The notes: generated by a model not told the origin, from the letters alone. DNA of 64,000 nt from Candidatus Micrarchaeota archaeon (GCA_021817325.1 JAKAVK010000007.1:116-64115); one strand, 5' to 3'; shown: positions 38,047-48,045, counted from the first letter of the stretch. Program-made: numbers and translations.

Positions 38047-38760
38047 TTAACGTACAAATTCATAATCGCTTCTTGCCTTGTGGAAGAGATTGTAGTATAC
38101 AAAATTGCTGAAGTGATAGGCGAAGTACTTGGCCATGCCCCATTTCTTGACCCTTCTAATGCTGGTTCTCACCGCAGCGTCACTGATATAAGCTATCCTA
38201 CCAACCTTGCACAGCCTGCGCGACAGGTCCCAGTCCTGATACGTCTGCAGTTTGGGGTAGAAGCCTCCAACCTCTCTGAACGCGCGGCTGCGCACCGCGA
38301 AGTTAGATCCTATTATGGAGGGCTTTCCAAGCGCAAAGAAGATGCGCATCAGCCCAACCGAGACAATCCAGAAGCCAAGCCTTATCCCGGATGTAGCCTC
38401 TTCAAGCGGGCGTATCGGCCCTGTGGCGGCCACAACCCCGCCGTTTCTTGCAAAGCAATCATCGTATGCGCGCAGCAGCCCCTTCTCCATTGCCGTGTCG
38501 CCGTCTATAAAGAGGAGTATACTTCCCCTTGCGGTCCTTGCTGCCGTGTTGCAGCTCCTTCCTATGCCGCGCCTGCGCTCGACAACTATCCTTATGCCCG
38601 GGTAAGCCTTCCTAGCCACTGCTCGCGTTCCGTCATCGCTGAAGTTATCCGCCAGTATGACTTCAGCGTCGCCATACCCCTGCCTCCTGATACTGGCAAG
38701 GGTTCTTGCTATATACTTGGCCTCATTATAAGTGGGTATTATAATACTGATTCTTGTCAT
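38047..38760 (-). CDS. Glycosyltransferase family 2 (tandem paralogue)
   Basis: IIPTYNE, DGD, QDWD and TSIRR motifs; ATG 38760 preferred. Confidence 0.92.
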   Translation of the reverse strand: MTRISIIIPTYNEAKYIARTLASIRRQGYGDAEVILADNFSDDGTRAVARKAYPGIRIVVERRRGIGRSCNTAARTARGSILLFIDGDTAMEKGLLRAYDDCFARNGGVVAATGPIRPLEEATSGIRLGFWIVSVGLMRIFFALGKPSIIGSNFAVRSRAFREVGGFYPKLQTYQDWDLSRRLCKVGRIAYISDAAVRTSIRRVKKWGMAKYFAYHFSNFVYYNLFHKARSDYEFVR

Positions 38761-38808
38761 ACCATTACACATTAAATAAAGCAATAAACACTTTTAAAGG
38801 ATTGGGAT

Positions 38809-40266
38809 GTGATGGCCGCGAAGGCAGGAAGAAGGGCAAGGTCAGTAATCAGGACCGGTTCAATGCATGGGGCAAGTGGGTCGCCGCGATCATCAGCGCA
38901 TGCCGCAGCCGGGGCAATGAGATCGCGTGCAGTGCAGCCTGGTAAAGTAAGAACGGATATGCTCAGCCTCAGCGTGGCCACCGCAGTGGGCCTTGGCGCC
39001 ATAATAGGTGCCGGAATATTTGCGCTAAGCGGGACTGCGATAGCGCTCGCAGGCTCAGAGGCCCTGATAGCGTTCATACTTGTTGGGATAGTGGTCTTGC
39101 TTGTGGCACTGCAGCTGGGCGAGCTCGGCTCGATACTCCCAAAATCAAAGGGCGCATCATACTCGTTCGTCTACTACGCTTTCGGCAGTGAGCTCGGATT
39201 CATAACAGGCCTGCTGCTGTACATGTGCTATGCTACAGCCATATCCGTGGTCTCGCTCAGCTTCGGGGCATATCTCTCCAGCATGCTCGGCCTGTCAACA
39301 GTGTTCTATGAGAGGATCTTTGCGATCGTGCTGATCTTCATTCTTGCACTGGTAAATCTGCGCGGCATAAAGAAGGCCGCAAATACCGATAGCCTGCTGG
39401 TCTTCATAAAAATAGGCATACTTGCTATATTCATAGCATTCGCGCTCCTCTATGCGTTCACCTCTGGCGGCTTCTCGCCATCCAACTTCGCCTCCGGCCC
39501 GGACAGGAGCGGCATAACACCAATCTTCGAGGCCAGCGTGGCCATCTTCTTTGCATACTCTGGCTTCCAAGCGATAAGCACCTTCACCTCCCGGATAAGC
39601 GGCGGCCCCAATGCCGCTGCCAAGGCGATACTCTCCTCTGTCATAATAAGCATCGTACTCTACGTCCTGGTTGTTCTGGGGCTGCTCTTTCTTATGCCGG
39701 CATCGAGATACCAGATAAGCGCTGATCCGCTTGCAGGCGCGCTCCAGTACGTGCACGCGCCTTCGTGGCTCTCATACTTGGTAGACATAGGTGCCCTTGT
39801 TGCCACCACTTCCGCTGCCCTGGCAATGATGCTCAGCGCATCAAGGATACTCTACCAGGTGAGCGAGGACCACCTGTTGCCGAAGATCCTCAGGGTGTAC
39901 AACAAGAATAAGGATGTTGCCACAAACGGCATAATCCTCTCCGCTTTTGTCGCAGTTGCCACCCTGTTCGCCGGTAACGTCTACATAATAGCCGCGATAT
40001 CAAATTTCGGGCTTATCTTCTCGTACATAATGGCAAGCTTCGCCCTGCTCCACTTCCGCAGGATACGCAAGCTGGGCACCTTCAAGGTGCCTTGGATGCC
40101 TTATATCGCCATAATAACGATAATAGCATTGCTCGCATTCATGTATGGAATGCCAAACGCATCCCTCGTAGTAGGCGTCATCATGATAATGGTAATGATC
40201 ATAGTATACTATTTCCTCAGGGAGTTCGAGCGCAAGAGGGTAATAAGGGTCAGGTTGTTCAGGTGA
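38809..40266 (+). CDS. APC family amino acid permease
   Basis: GAIIGAGIF, G.SY.F, FFAYSGF and SRILY motifs; about 12 TMs; start uncertain. Confidence 0.93.
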   Translation: MMAAKAGRRARSVIRTGSMHGASGSPRSSAHAAAGAMRSRAVQPGKVRTDMLSLSVATAVGLGAIIGAGIFALSGTAIALAGSEALIAFILVGIVVLLVALQLGELGSILPKSKGASYSFVYYAFGSELGFITGLLLYMCYATAISVVSLSFGAYLSSMLGLSTVFYERIFAIVLIFILALVNLRGIKKAANTDSLLVFIKIGILAIFIAFALLYAFTSGGFSPSNFASGPDRSGITPIFEASVAIFFAYSGFQAISTFTSRISGGPNAAAKAILSSVIISIVLYVLVVLGLLFLMPASRYQISADPLAGALQYVHAPSWLSYLVDIGALVATTSAALAMMLSASRILYQVSEDHLLPKILRVYNKNKDVATNGIILSAFVAVATLFAGNVYIIAAISNFGLIFSYIMASFALLHFRRIRKLGTFKVPWMPYIAIITIIALLAFMYGMPNASLVVGVIMIMVMIIVYYFLREFERKRVIRVRLFR

Positions 40267-40270
40267 GATC

Positions 40271-41023
40271 TTGCGGTTGATAAGCCTAAACATATGGCAC
40301 GGCAGGAGATACCAGCAGATAATGGACTTCATATCCCACAACCGCAGAAGCACAGACATCTTCTGTTTTCAGGAGGTCCACAACCAGAGGGCCGGCAGCG
40401 TGCACGCCGTTCAGGAAAACGCCAATGGCATAGTGCCTGACATATACAACAGGATACAGGCGGGGCTGCGCGGCTTCTCCGGCCATCTGAGCGGCGAGTA
40501 CTCATCGCTGCACGAGAGACTGGCGATCATGAGCGCCGAGTCAATTGAGGTATCTGGAGAGGGCGAGCTGCTCCTGTGCAGGCAGAAGAAGGTCGTTGTG
40601 GATGGGAACGCGTTCTCGGAAGGCTCAAGGCTCCAGTGGGTAAGCTTCGAATGCGAAGACGGGCAGCTCACCATAGCAAACGTGCATGGCTTCTGGGTGC
40701 CAGGCAGCAAGGACGACAGTCAGGAGAGCATACTCCAATCGGAGAAGATAATCGAGTTTCTCAGGGCCAGGGACGGCGCCACCATCCTATGCGGGGACCT
40801 AAATCTCTCCCCCCAGACGCGCAGCATAGCCATGCTAGATGAGAGAATGAGGAATCTGATCAATGAGTATGGAGTGTCGACCACAAGGAGCAGCTTCACG
40901 CCCCCTGAAAAGGGCAGGTATGCTGACTACATATTCGTATCGCGTAAAGTAAACGTAAAGAACTTCAAGGTCATGAAGGATGAGGTCTCGGACCACCTGC
41001 CGCTACTGCTTGAGTTCTACTAA
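40271..41023 (+). CDS. Endonuclease/exonuclease/phosphatase family protein
   Basis: SLN, CFQEV, GDLN, DYIF and SDHLPL motifs. Confidence 0.92.
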   Translation: MRLISLNIWHGRRYQQIMDFISHNRRSTDIFCFQEVHNQRAGSVHAVQENANGIVPDIYNRIQAGLRGFSGHLSGEYSSLHERLAIMSAESIEVSGEGELLLCRQKKVVVDGNAFSEGSRLQWVSFECEDGQLTIANVHGFWVPGSKDDSQESILQSEKIIEFLRARDGATILCGDLNLSPQTRSIAMLDERMRNLINEYGVSTTRSSFTPPEKGRYADYIFVSRKVNVKNFKVMKDEVSDHLPLLLEFY

Positions 41024-41334
41024 GGTCGGGAGCCCGGGCTGTCCATTATTATGTCGCCGAAGGCCCTCCTGAAGTATTCGGTTGCGTACTTGACGCTGCG
41101 CTTCCCCTCCGCTGTCAACGAGTAGACGATTATCTTGCCCTTCCTGTTCCCCGTTATCAACCCATTCTCCTTAAGGTCCTTGAGCGCTGGATAGATTGTG
41201 CCCGCCTTCGGTTTCTCTCCCCGCCTCTTGCCCAGCTCCTCTGCCAATCTGTCTCCGTGCATAGGCTCTTTCGAAAGCAGCCAGAGTATATGAAATGAGA
41301 GCATTCCGCGCATGTCGCAGGCAATGTTACGCAT
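41020..41334 (-). CDS. PadR family transcriptional regulator
   Basis: RGML...ILWLL, MHG, GTIYPAL..L...GLI and Y.LT.EG motifs; start at 41334, not 41622. Confidence 0.92.
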   Translation of the reverse strand: MRNIACDMRGMLSFHILWLLSKEPMHGDRLAEELGKRRGEKPKAGTIYPALKDLKENGLITGNRKGKIIVYSLTAEGKRSVKYATEYFRRAFGDIIMDSPGSRP

Positions 41335-41338
41335 AATA

Positions 41339-41396
41339 CATATAGGACAACCAATATATTTATATATTTGCCTGATCATATAGGGTATCATATACG
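41339..41396. promoter_or_regulatory. Divergent promoter with symmetric TATA and CATATA(G/C)G repeats
   Basis: AATATAT-TT-ATATATT at 41353-41368; CATATAGG at 41339 and 41377, CATATACG at 41389. Confidence 0.55.
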
Positions 41397-41404
41397 TGAT
41401 ATCT

Positions 41405-41683
41405 ATGGATGAACACGAACCAGAATACTGCGGATGCAATGTGGAGGCACAGAACGGGTATGACATCATGGAGCAGAGGCTCATGCAGATGACCTTCTGG
41501 GCGCACAAGGCAGTGCTTTTCGAGAAGCTGAAGGAGAGAATAGGGAAGCAGGAGGGCGAGAATCTCGACAAGCTCGTAGACCTGCTGATAGCGAACTCCA
41601 AGGCACAGGCCCAGAGCAGCAAGGCTGCGGCGCAAAAGAGCCGCGAGCTAAAGGATGCGCTAAAGGAGGCCTTCCCTAACTAA
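41405..41683 (+). CDS. Small helical hypothetical protein with N-terminal His/CxC
   Basis: MDEHEPEYCGC...LFEKLKERIGKQEGENLDKLVDLL; divergent from padR. Confidence 0.8.
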   Translation: MDEHEPEYCGCNVEAQNGYDIMEQRLMQMTFWAHKAVLFEKLKERIGKQEGENLDKLVDLLIANSKAQAQSSKAAAQKSRELKDALKEAFPN

Positions 41684-41717
41684 ACTGCTCTCGGCCCATA
41701 ATTTAACGCTGCATGAC

Positions 41718-42344
41718 TTGATAGAGGCGAGTATCTTGGATTGGACAAGTTTGGCAAGTGATGAGACCTTGGAGAGGACCATGAGCGCGCTGAAAGACAG
41801 GGGAATCGAGGCTATAGCGGTATCAAACGGCGCGCAGGCAAGGGAGAAGCTACTCTCAATGCTAAGCGATGGAGCGAAGATAATGGCCGCTTCGTCTACG
41901 ACGCTCTCTGAAATAGGGATATCAAAAGAGATAAACGAGAGCGGCAGATACGCCGCGCTAAACAGCGAGATAGCAAAGGAGCCGGACCCCGTAAAGAGGA
42001 CACAGCTGCGCAGGCAGCTGCCAAGCCCGGACTACGCAATTGGAAGCGTGCATGCAGTCACGCAGGGCGGCGAGATACTGGTTGCAACAGCGAGTGCAAG
42101 CCAGATCCCGTCATACTCATTCACTGCAAACAGGGTCATATTGGTAGTAGGGACGCAGAAGATAGTTGCAAGCCTTGTGGATGGAATCAGGAGGATATAC
42201 GAGCACTCGCTGCCTTTGGAGAGCCGGAGAATGAGAGAGGCGTACGGGGCAGCGGGAAGTGCCGTAAACCAGATACTCATATTCGAAGGAAGCAGGCCAG
42301 GCAGGATCACTGTCATATTCGTAAAGGAGGTTCTGGGCTTTTAG
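41718..42344 (+). CDS. LUD (lactate utilization/YkgG-like) domain protein
   Basis: S.TL.EIG, SVHAVT..G, A.ASQ, VVG.QKIV and C-terminal LGF motifs. Confidence 0.88.
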   Translation: MIEASILDWTSLASDETLERTMSALKDRGIEAIAVSNGAQAREKLLSMLSDGAKIMAASSTTLSEIGISKEINESGRYAALNSEIAKEPDPVKRTQLRRQLPSPDYAIGSVHAVTQGGEILVATASASQIPSYSFTANRVILVVGTQKIVASLVDGIRRIYEHSLPLESRRMREAYGAAGSAVNQILIFEGSRPGRITVIFVKEVLGF

Positions 42345-42389
42345 GGTTCACTCATTGTTATATAAAGGCTTACGACCCAATCGCTTATC

Positions 42390-42869
42390 ATGAGATACGT
42401 ACTTCCAGCAGCACTCTCGGCTCTCTTCATATTCGCGCTGGTCGTGAGCTTTTATACGCCAGCCAGCGGGCCATCAACCCTGCCAAACTCTTTCACAGTG
42501 CACAACACCACATTCAACGTAAGCTCATATGCGCTCACCCAGCAGCAGCGCGAACAGGGCCTGATGAACGCTACGATAACTAACCAGACCTTCATGCTCT
42601 TCGTATTCTACAATTCCTCAATATACCCTTTCTGGATGAAGAATACCTACTCGCCACTTGACATAATCTGGATAGAGGCAGAGAACGGCACAGGGAGGAT
42701 AGTGTACGCTGTAAACGCGACGCCTTGCGTGAGCTATGACCCTAACCAGACCTCATGCCTGGTCTACTACCCAAAGAGCGATGCGAATTACGTGATAGAG
42801 ACCAAATCGGGATTTATGCAGAGGAACAACATAAGTATCGGCGATCCGATAGTTCTCAACTCGCCATGA
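42390..42869 (+). CDS. DUF192 family exported protein
   Basis: GLM, MLFVF, FWMKNT..PLDII.I, PC...C..Y and YVIE motifs. Confidence 0.92.
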   Translation: MRYVLPAALSALFIFALVVSFYTPASGPSTLPNSFTVHNTTFNVSSYALTQQQREQGLMNATITNQTFMLFVFYNSSIYPFWMKNTYSPLDIIWIEAENGTGRIVYAVNATPCVSYDPNQTSCLVYYPKSDANYVIETKSGFMQRNNISIGDPIVLNSP

Positions 42870-42915
42870 CACTTATAAACCTTGTTATCCAATCTACTAG
42901 CAGGCAAGAGGGTTT

Positions 42916-43185
42916 GTGATAATGCCTGCCAATTTGAATCTGAGATTTCGTTTCGCATACATAGAGTTCAAAAGGAAGCTGCTGCTTGTCTCAACGCTTT
43001 ATTTCATAGCGATGCTGTTGGGCTTCACCCTATTCATCTACAGCGAGCTGGTATACACCAGCCAGATACTGAGGTGGTGGGCAATCTTCCTGGTCTTTCT
43101 GCTCTTTGTCAAGATCTTTTTCGACTTCTGGAACAGTGCGCGCAACGAGTACGAGCAGAAGTTCAAGGAGCGGCTCCAGCAGTGA
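42916..43185 (+). CDS. Small two-TM membrane protein
   Basis: 89-aa ORF with two hydrophobic helices and a charged tail. Confidence 0.65.
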   Translation: MIMPANLNLRFRFAYIEFKRKLLLVSTLYFIAMLLGFTLFIYSELVYTSQILRWWAIFLVFLLFVKIFFDFWNSARNEYEQKFKERLQQ

Positions 43186-43243
43186 ACCGTCGTTTGCGTG
43201 CTGCTGTAGCATGTGCCATCGTATTGCGGCGTAAGCTCCGGGA

Positions 43244-43903
43244 TTAAAAGCCGATTCCCCTGCCTCCTCCGCCAAATCCGCCCAGGCCGCCTCCCCCCAA
43301 GCCGCCCGCAATGCCTCCAAGCAGGCCAGGGTTTGATGCCTGCCCGCGGCTCAGTAGGAGTTCGAGTACAACCAGGAATCCCAGCAGCGTAAGCGTCGTC
43401 ACCTTGCTGTTGTCTGTTATGTTCATCACATATGATTCCCTTGCAAATGCTGCCAGCTTGCCAACAAGGCCTGCGGAGCCCTGCATTTTACGGCTCACCG
43501 TTGCTACGGCATTGCCCTGTGCGTCGACAATGTTGAATTCCATGTCCAAGAAGTTACCGCTGACTGTGGCCAAAAGAGCGCCGCTCTCATCCTTAATCTC
43601 GACCTTGTTAAGTCCGCCGAGCGAGCCAATAAACTGCATAGGGACCTTGACCACTCCCAAAACCTTGTCCTTGGGCCCGCCTTCATGGATCTGGTACTCA
43701 GGGGTCATGGCAAGTATCTTGTGTGTTATCGTTGCCAGCGTCTTGCCATCCATGCTTGTTATCGGCTGCTGTGTAACCGCGATCCTCCCCTTCGAGGACA
43801 AGATCTGGGTCCCTTCTCCGTCAGTGAACGTCAGGGTAAGCCCGCCAAACTTAAAAACCCGTGCAATTCCATAGGTCTTGTGCGATAACGGATTATCTGC
43901 CAT
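43244..43903 (-). CDS. LURP-one/scramblase-like beta-barrel protein with Gly-rich tail
   Basis: G..LA.I..K, GNF.D.EF.I.D..G..VA.VSRK and Y...I followed by a hydrophobic helix; ATG 43903. Confidence 0.75.
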   Translation of the reverse strand: MADNPLSHKTYGIARVFKFGGLTLTFTDGEGTQILSSKGRIAVTQQPITSMDGKTLATITHKILAMTPEYQIHEGGPKDKVLGVVKVPMQFIGSLGGLNKVEIKDESGALLATVSGNFLDMEFNIVDAQGNAVATVSRKMQGSAGLVGKLAAFARESYVMNITDNSKVTTLTLLGFLVVLELLLSRGQASNPGLLGGIAGGLGGGGLGGFGGGGRGIGF

Positions 43904-43956
43904 ATTTAGCGTATATGTGCTCAGGTTAATAAAGCATTCCTTCGCCGAAGACCTGT

Positions 43957-44703
43957 TCAGGGCTCGCGCCACCTGCTCTTCATCATGGCGAGTGAAAAGA
44001 GCACAACAGCCACGCCGACCACGACCACCCAGTCTGCTGCCAGAGCAGCAGCGGAGAGCGGCAGGGCCCCTATGGCGTTCTGCACTATCTGCGCAGCATA
44101 TGTTGTAGGAGAGAGGTAAGCAATGTACCTGTATGGCAGCGGTATGTAGTTTATAGTATAGTATATTGGCGGTATAGTTGCCAATATCGTAGAGAGCATT
44201 CCTGCAAAGGCCCAGTTCTGGACAATGTCAGAGCTGAATGTCGAGAGGTAGAAGCCCAGTGCTATTGAAAATGCAAACACCGCTGCCAAAACGGCGAGTA
44301 TGGTGAGCGTGCCTGCAATGCCCGTATGCACGTAAAGTACAGAGAGAATGCCAAGCACAACAAGTGCGGGAAGCGAGTAGACAATCTCAGATACCGCCAT
44401 GCCTACCAGGTATACCAGCGCGCTCGTAGGAGAGCTCACAACCATGTCCTGCAGCTTGAAGTCGTTCTTCAGGTGCGAGAGGTCGCCCTGCAGGCCTATG
44501 CCGCTAGAGACCATGCTCATTATCAGTGCGCCTTCTATTGATACCGCAAGCAGGCTGCCCCTGCTGATTAGCGTTATCACAACAAGTATAGAGAGCGGGG
44601 CAAGGAGCGTGTTTACCAGGGTGACCGGGTAATTCTTCATGGCGTACACTGCGTTGACAAGTACTGATGCGTATATCTTGCTAAGCGTGCTACCACTCAT
44701 CAT
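43957..44703 (-). CDS. ABC-2 type transporter permease
   Basis: 6 TMs, P.YY....P....AY.SP.TYA motif; overlaps the ATPase gene. Confidence 0.9.
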   Translation of the reverse strand: MMSGSTLSKIYASVLVNAVYAMKNYPVTLVNTLLAPLSILVVITLISRGSLLAVSIEGALIMSMVSSGIGLQGDLSHLKNDFKLQDMVVSSPTSALVYLVGMAVSEIVYSLPALVVLGILSVLYVHTGIAGTLTILAVLAAVFAFSIALGFYLSTFSSDIVQNWAFAGMLSTILATIPPIYYTINYIPLPYRYIAYLSPTTYAAQIVQNAIGALPLSAAALAADWVVVVGVAVVLFSLAMMKSRWREP

Positions 44704-45607
44704 CTTCCTCCTCGTTCCCTATGGGCTTCTTCACATAATAGTAAAAGATGTCCTCCAACGATACCGGATTTATCGAGAAGCGAACCTTCCTGCCGATGAG
44801 GCCTTTCGCAATCGAGTTGGCCTCGTCCTCAGTAGTTATTATCTGGGCAGATCCGTCAGATCCCCTCACCACGTATCCCCTGCTGGGCTTCCCCACCTTT
44901 TCCCCTCTCGGCACACGCACGCTGTACTGGTAGCCTATGGCACTGCGCAGCTCATCTATCGTGCCAAGCCCCATCAGTTTCCCTTCGTCAAGTATGCCTA
45001 TCCTGTCGGCAAGCCTCTCCGCCTCCTCCAGATAGTGTGTGGTTAGGAAGATAAAGCAGTCCTTCTTTATCACGTTCAGCACGTCCCATAGCTCGGCCCT
45101 CGATATCGGATCAAGCCCAGTGGTAGGCTCATCGACAAAGAGGATCCGCGCTTCAGACGCGAGCACTGTTGCAAGAAGCACTTTCCTCTTCATCCCGCCA
45201 GAGAGCATCCTGGTCAGCGTGTCCGCATGCTTCTTGATGCCTAGCTGTCCAAGTACGCGGGCAATCCTCCTGTTCGCTTCCCCGATGCCCATGCCCCTGT
45301 AGAGGAGGTACGAGAGGATGCTCTGCCTTGGGGTCAGCCAGGGAATAGCCCTGGCTTCCTGCGGCAGTATCGCAATCTCTTCCCTAAGTAGCCTGGCATC
45401 TTCTACAACGTCAAGCCCATTTATCTTGGCGCTGCCCGAGCTTGGCATCAGCTCAGTTGCGAGTATTCTGGTAAGCGTTGTCTTGCCTGCGCCATTCCTG
45501 CCTATGAGCGTGAAGATACCTCTTGTCGGTACCTCTATATTAACCTTGTTTAGCGCTGCTGCGCTCCCGTATCTCTTGGTCAGGTCTGTGCAGATCAGAG
45601 CATCCAT
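44690..45607 (-). CDS. ABC transporter ATP-binding protein (drug/export type)
   Basis: GRNGAGKT, LSGGMKR, DEPTTGLD and TTHYLEEA motifs. Confidence 0.95.
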   Translation of the reverse strand: MDALICTDLTKRYGSAAALNKVNIEVPTRGIFTLIGRNGAGKTTLTRILATELMPSSGSAKINGLDVVEDARLLREEIAILPQEARAIPWLTPRQSILSYLLYRGMGIGEANRRIARVLGQLGIKKHADTLTRMLSGGMKRKVLLATVLASEARILFVDEPTTGLDPISRAELWDVLNVIKKDCFIFLTTHYLEEAERLADRIGILDEGKLMGLGTIDELRSAIGYQYSVRVPRGEKVGKPSRGYVVRGSDGSAQIITTEDEANSIAKGLIGRKVRFSINPVSLEDIFYYYVKKPIGNEEEDDEW

Positions 45608-45648
45608 ATCAGGTCAGTTACGATACTCATCCAGCCTTTAAAAACAGG

Positions 45649-46119
45649 TCACTTCTCCAGCGCCCGCTCTGTCTCATGCTCGTCCCATGGGAAGACCACC
45701 CATTCGTCGGTCTCTCCAAGGCAGTAATCAGGCAGGAAGGTGCTCCATGGCTTCCTGAAGAGCGCGGCGCTCTTTATGTGCTGCGGCTTGTACTGTGCAA
45801 GGTATCCTACCACCCTCTTCATCGTGTCTCCCTGATCGACGAGGTCGTCCACCAAAAGTATGCGCTGCCCGTCAATACTGGAAGAGATTGTGGAAAGGAT
45901 TTCTGGCGCAGTCCTGCTACCGATGCCGTCGTATGATTTGACATTTATTATCTCTATCCTTACGTCAAGCCTGTCACCTATTACCATCGCCAGCGGAATG
46001 CCGCCCCTTGCAATGCCTATCACCTTGTCGAACCTCGCGCCGTCCTCCCATATCTTCTGCGCAAGTTCAGCGGAAAGCACTCCATATTTCTGCCAGTCCA
46101 GGCGCATCAATTTTGCCAT
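45649..46119 (-). CDS. Type I phosphoribosyltransferase (purine PRT-like)
   Basis: IARGG, LLVDDLVDQGDT and W.VFPW motifs. Confidence 0.92.
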   Translation of the reverse strand: MAKLMRLDWQKYGVLSAELAQKIWEDGARFDKVIGIARGGIPLAMVIGDRLDVRIEIINVKSYDGIGSRTAPEILSTISSSIDGQRILLVDDLVDQGDTMKRVVGYLAQYKPQHIKSAALFRKPWSTFLPDYCLGETDEWVVFPWDEHETERALEK

Positions 46120-46194
46120 ACATTACTTGCTGCACCATAATTAAAAACAGCAAGCAATGCTATAATATAAGCCTGCGCTTAGAAAATTCATATA

Positions 46195-46593
46195 ATGGCC
46201 AAGAGGGATCTCGTAGAGACTGCAGCAGCCCCTGCGCGCATGGGGTACCGCTCGTTCAGGCGGCGTGCTATCTACTCGTTTGCGCTGGTCTTTGCGGTAT
46301 TGCTCATAGGCACAATAGGCTTCCATTATATAGAGGGCTATTCATACGTTGAGTCGTTCTACTTCGTCAGCATGCTGGCCACTGCCCAGGGCCCTGCATC
46401 CACTCCCGCGACTGCGGCCGGAAAGATATTTGCATCAATCCTGGCGTTCGTGTCAATCGGTGTCGTAATAGTCGCGCTTGGCTTCCTGTTCGGCCCGTTC
46501 CTCGGGAGGGTGATGCGCATGGAGGAGAGGAAGCTTGAGAGGGACGAGCATGCGCTGGCCAAGGACATTGGGAACTACGAGAGGAAAGTATAG
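46195..46593 (+). CDS. Minimal 2TM potassium-channel-like pore protein with non-canonical filter
   Basis: TM1 IGTIGF..IEG.S...SFYF, pore segment MLATAQGP, P.T.AGKIF then TM2. Confidence 0.75.
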   Translation: MAKRDLVETAAAPARMGYRSFRRRAIYSFALVFAVLLIGTIGFHYIEGYSYVESFYFVSMLATAQGPASTPATAAGKIFASILAFVSIGVVIVALGFLFGPFLGRVMRMEERKLERDEHALAKDIGNYERKV

Positions 46594-46941
46594 GCAAAAT
46601 TATGCCTAAAATCTGAATCAAACCGGACTGAATAAACGGAATAGGAACGCTCATATTCAAGGATGGCAAATGGATTTACATAGACATGGCAAAGCTAAGG
46701 AACGAAACATTCGCTATACCCAAGCCCTATATCAATACCGAGGGCATAGAAAAGGAAGTGTTTATTGCAGGTATAGAAGCTCTATTTCAGGCGACTAATG
46801 CGACAGAGGCTCAGAAGTAAGCTTAGGTAATGAGTTTGTGGACAAAACCGAATATAAAAACTTTAGATGCCTATTTCAGCGCATATATTCGAGGTACACG
46901 CCAGGCATCAGAATGATGATAAGAACTACAAAGGAGTTGAT

Positions 46942-47364
46942 ATGAAAGATTATGATATCTCTATTGGATTTATTCTGATCAACAGCAAAAACAGATTTTT
47001 AGTTATGCAAAAAGCTGTTGATGGCGTATGGGATTTTCCGAAAGGTCATGTTAAACCTAATGATGATAATGAAATCGCAACTGCTATACGAGAACTAGCT
47101 GAAGAGACTGGAATAAGCGCGAATGACCTGAAACTTGTTGAAGGTTTTCGCAATGTAAACACTTATATAAACCCTGAGAAGATTCATCGTAAGATCATAC
47201 TGTTCTTAGCTTTATGTGATGCTAAACCAGTTCTGTCCCCAGAGCATACTACATACCAATGGGCTGACTTGGAAAAGGCAAAGAAACTATTACGGTTCAA
47301 AGGAGGTCAGGATGCGGTAACAAGGGCATATAGGTTCTTGCAGAAACAATCAAAGGACAATTAA
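46942..47364 (+). CDS. NUDIX hydrolase (Ap4A hydrolase-like)
   Basis: WDFPKGH......TA.REL.EETGI Nudix box and LS.EH..Y.W; AAGGAG before ATG 46942. Confidence 0.92.
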   Translation: MKDYDISIGFILINSKNRFLVMQKAVDGVWDFPKGHVKPNDDNEIATAIRELAEETGISANDLKLVEGFRNVNTYINPEKIHRKIILFLALCDAKPVLSPEHTTYQWADLEKAKKLLRFKGGQDAVTRAYRFLQKQSKDN

Positions 47365-47368
47365 CTAA

Positions 47369-48045
47369 CTTAGTTCGACTGAAAGTGATGAAATAATCAG
47401 AGCAAACGCCAGAGATCCAAATGATAAGGATGCACTTACAAGAAGTGTTAGAAGCGAAGATGGAGAGGCTGTAGGTTTTATAGCAGTCTACAAATCAGCT
47501 TTGATTCTAGGGGGAATAGTTACTGGGGGTTTAGTAAGACAAATTCCCTTACCTGATCCAATCCCAACCAAATGCGAGGAGGATTACAAGATGCATATCG
47601 AGGAATAATATTTCGCTATACTCGTAGATATTTTCCTCATCCAGGATCAGATCTAGATGTCTGGTTGTTGATAGACGATGCCGACGCTGGTAAAGCAGAT
47701 AAAATTGCTAGACAACTTGATTTACGTACGCTGTATCCACTCTGATGGTATGCTTCACAGAAAGAACCAGATCTTCGAGAATGGATAAATAAAAAGCACA
47801 GAATGTATGGTGCATATAACAAACAACCATATTTATACCCAGAATCCTTGCTTAGAAGTAATGAGATACCACATTACGGTGCAGGCTTTAAAGAAATCCC
47901 AATCAATAGTATTAGTCGCGAACGCAAATTGAGGCCCGTACGTGACCGTATTGAGAGCTTTGTGTCATCCCGCGCGACGAACATCACGTCGCGCCGAGGA
48001 TTTTCACGAAGGAAAAGTTTTAGGGCTTTTCATCCACATACCTGA
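47369..48045 (+). pseudogene. Interrupted gene with a nucleotidyltransferase-like motif
   Basis: Startless frame 47369-47608, then frame 47572-48045 with HPGSDLDVWLLID and an in-frame TGA at 47743. Confidence 0.45.

Noticed and set aside
41335-41622. N-terminal half of the 200-aa PadR ORF
   Set aside because: It overlaps the divergent small gene and promoter; PadR similarity starts at 41334.
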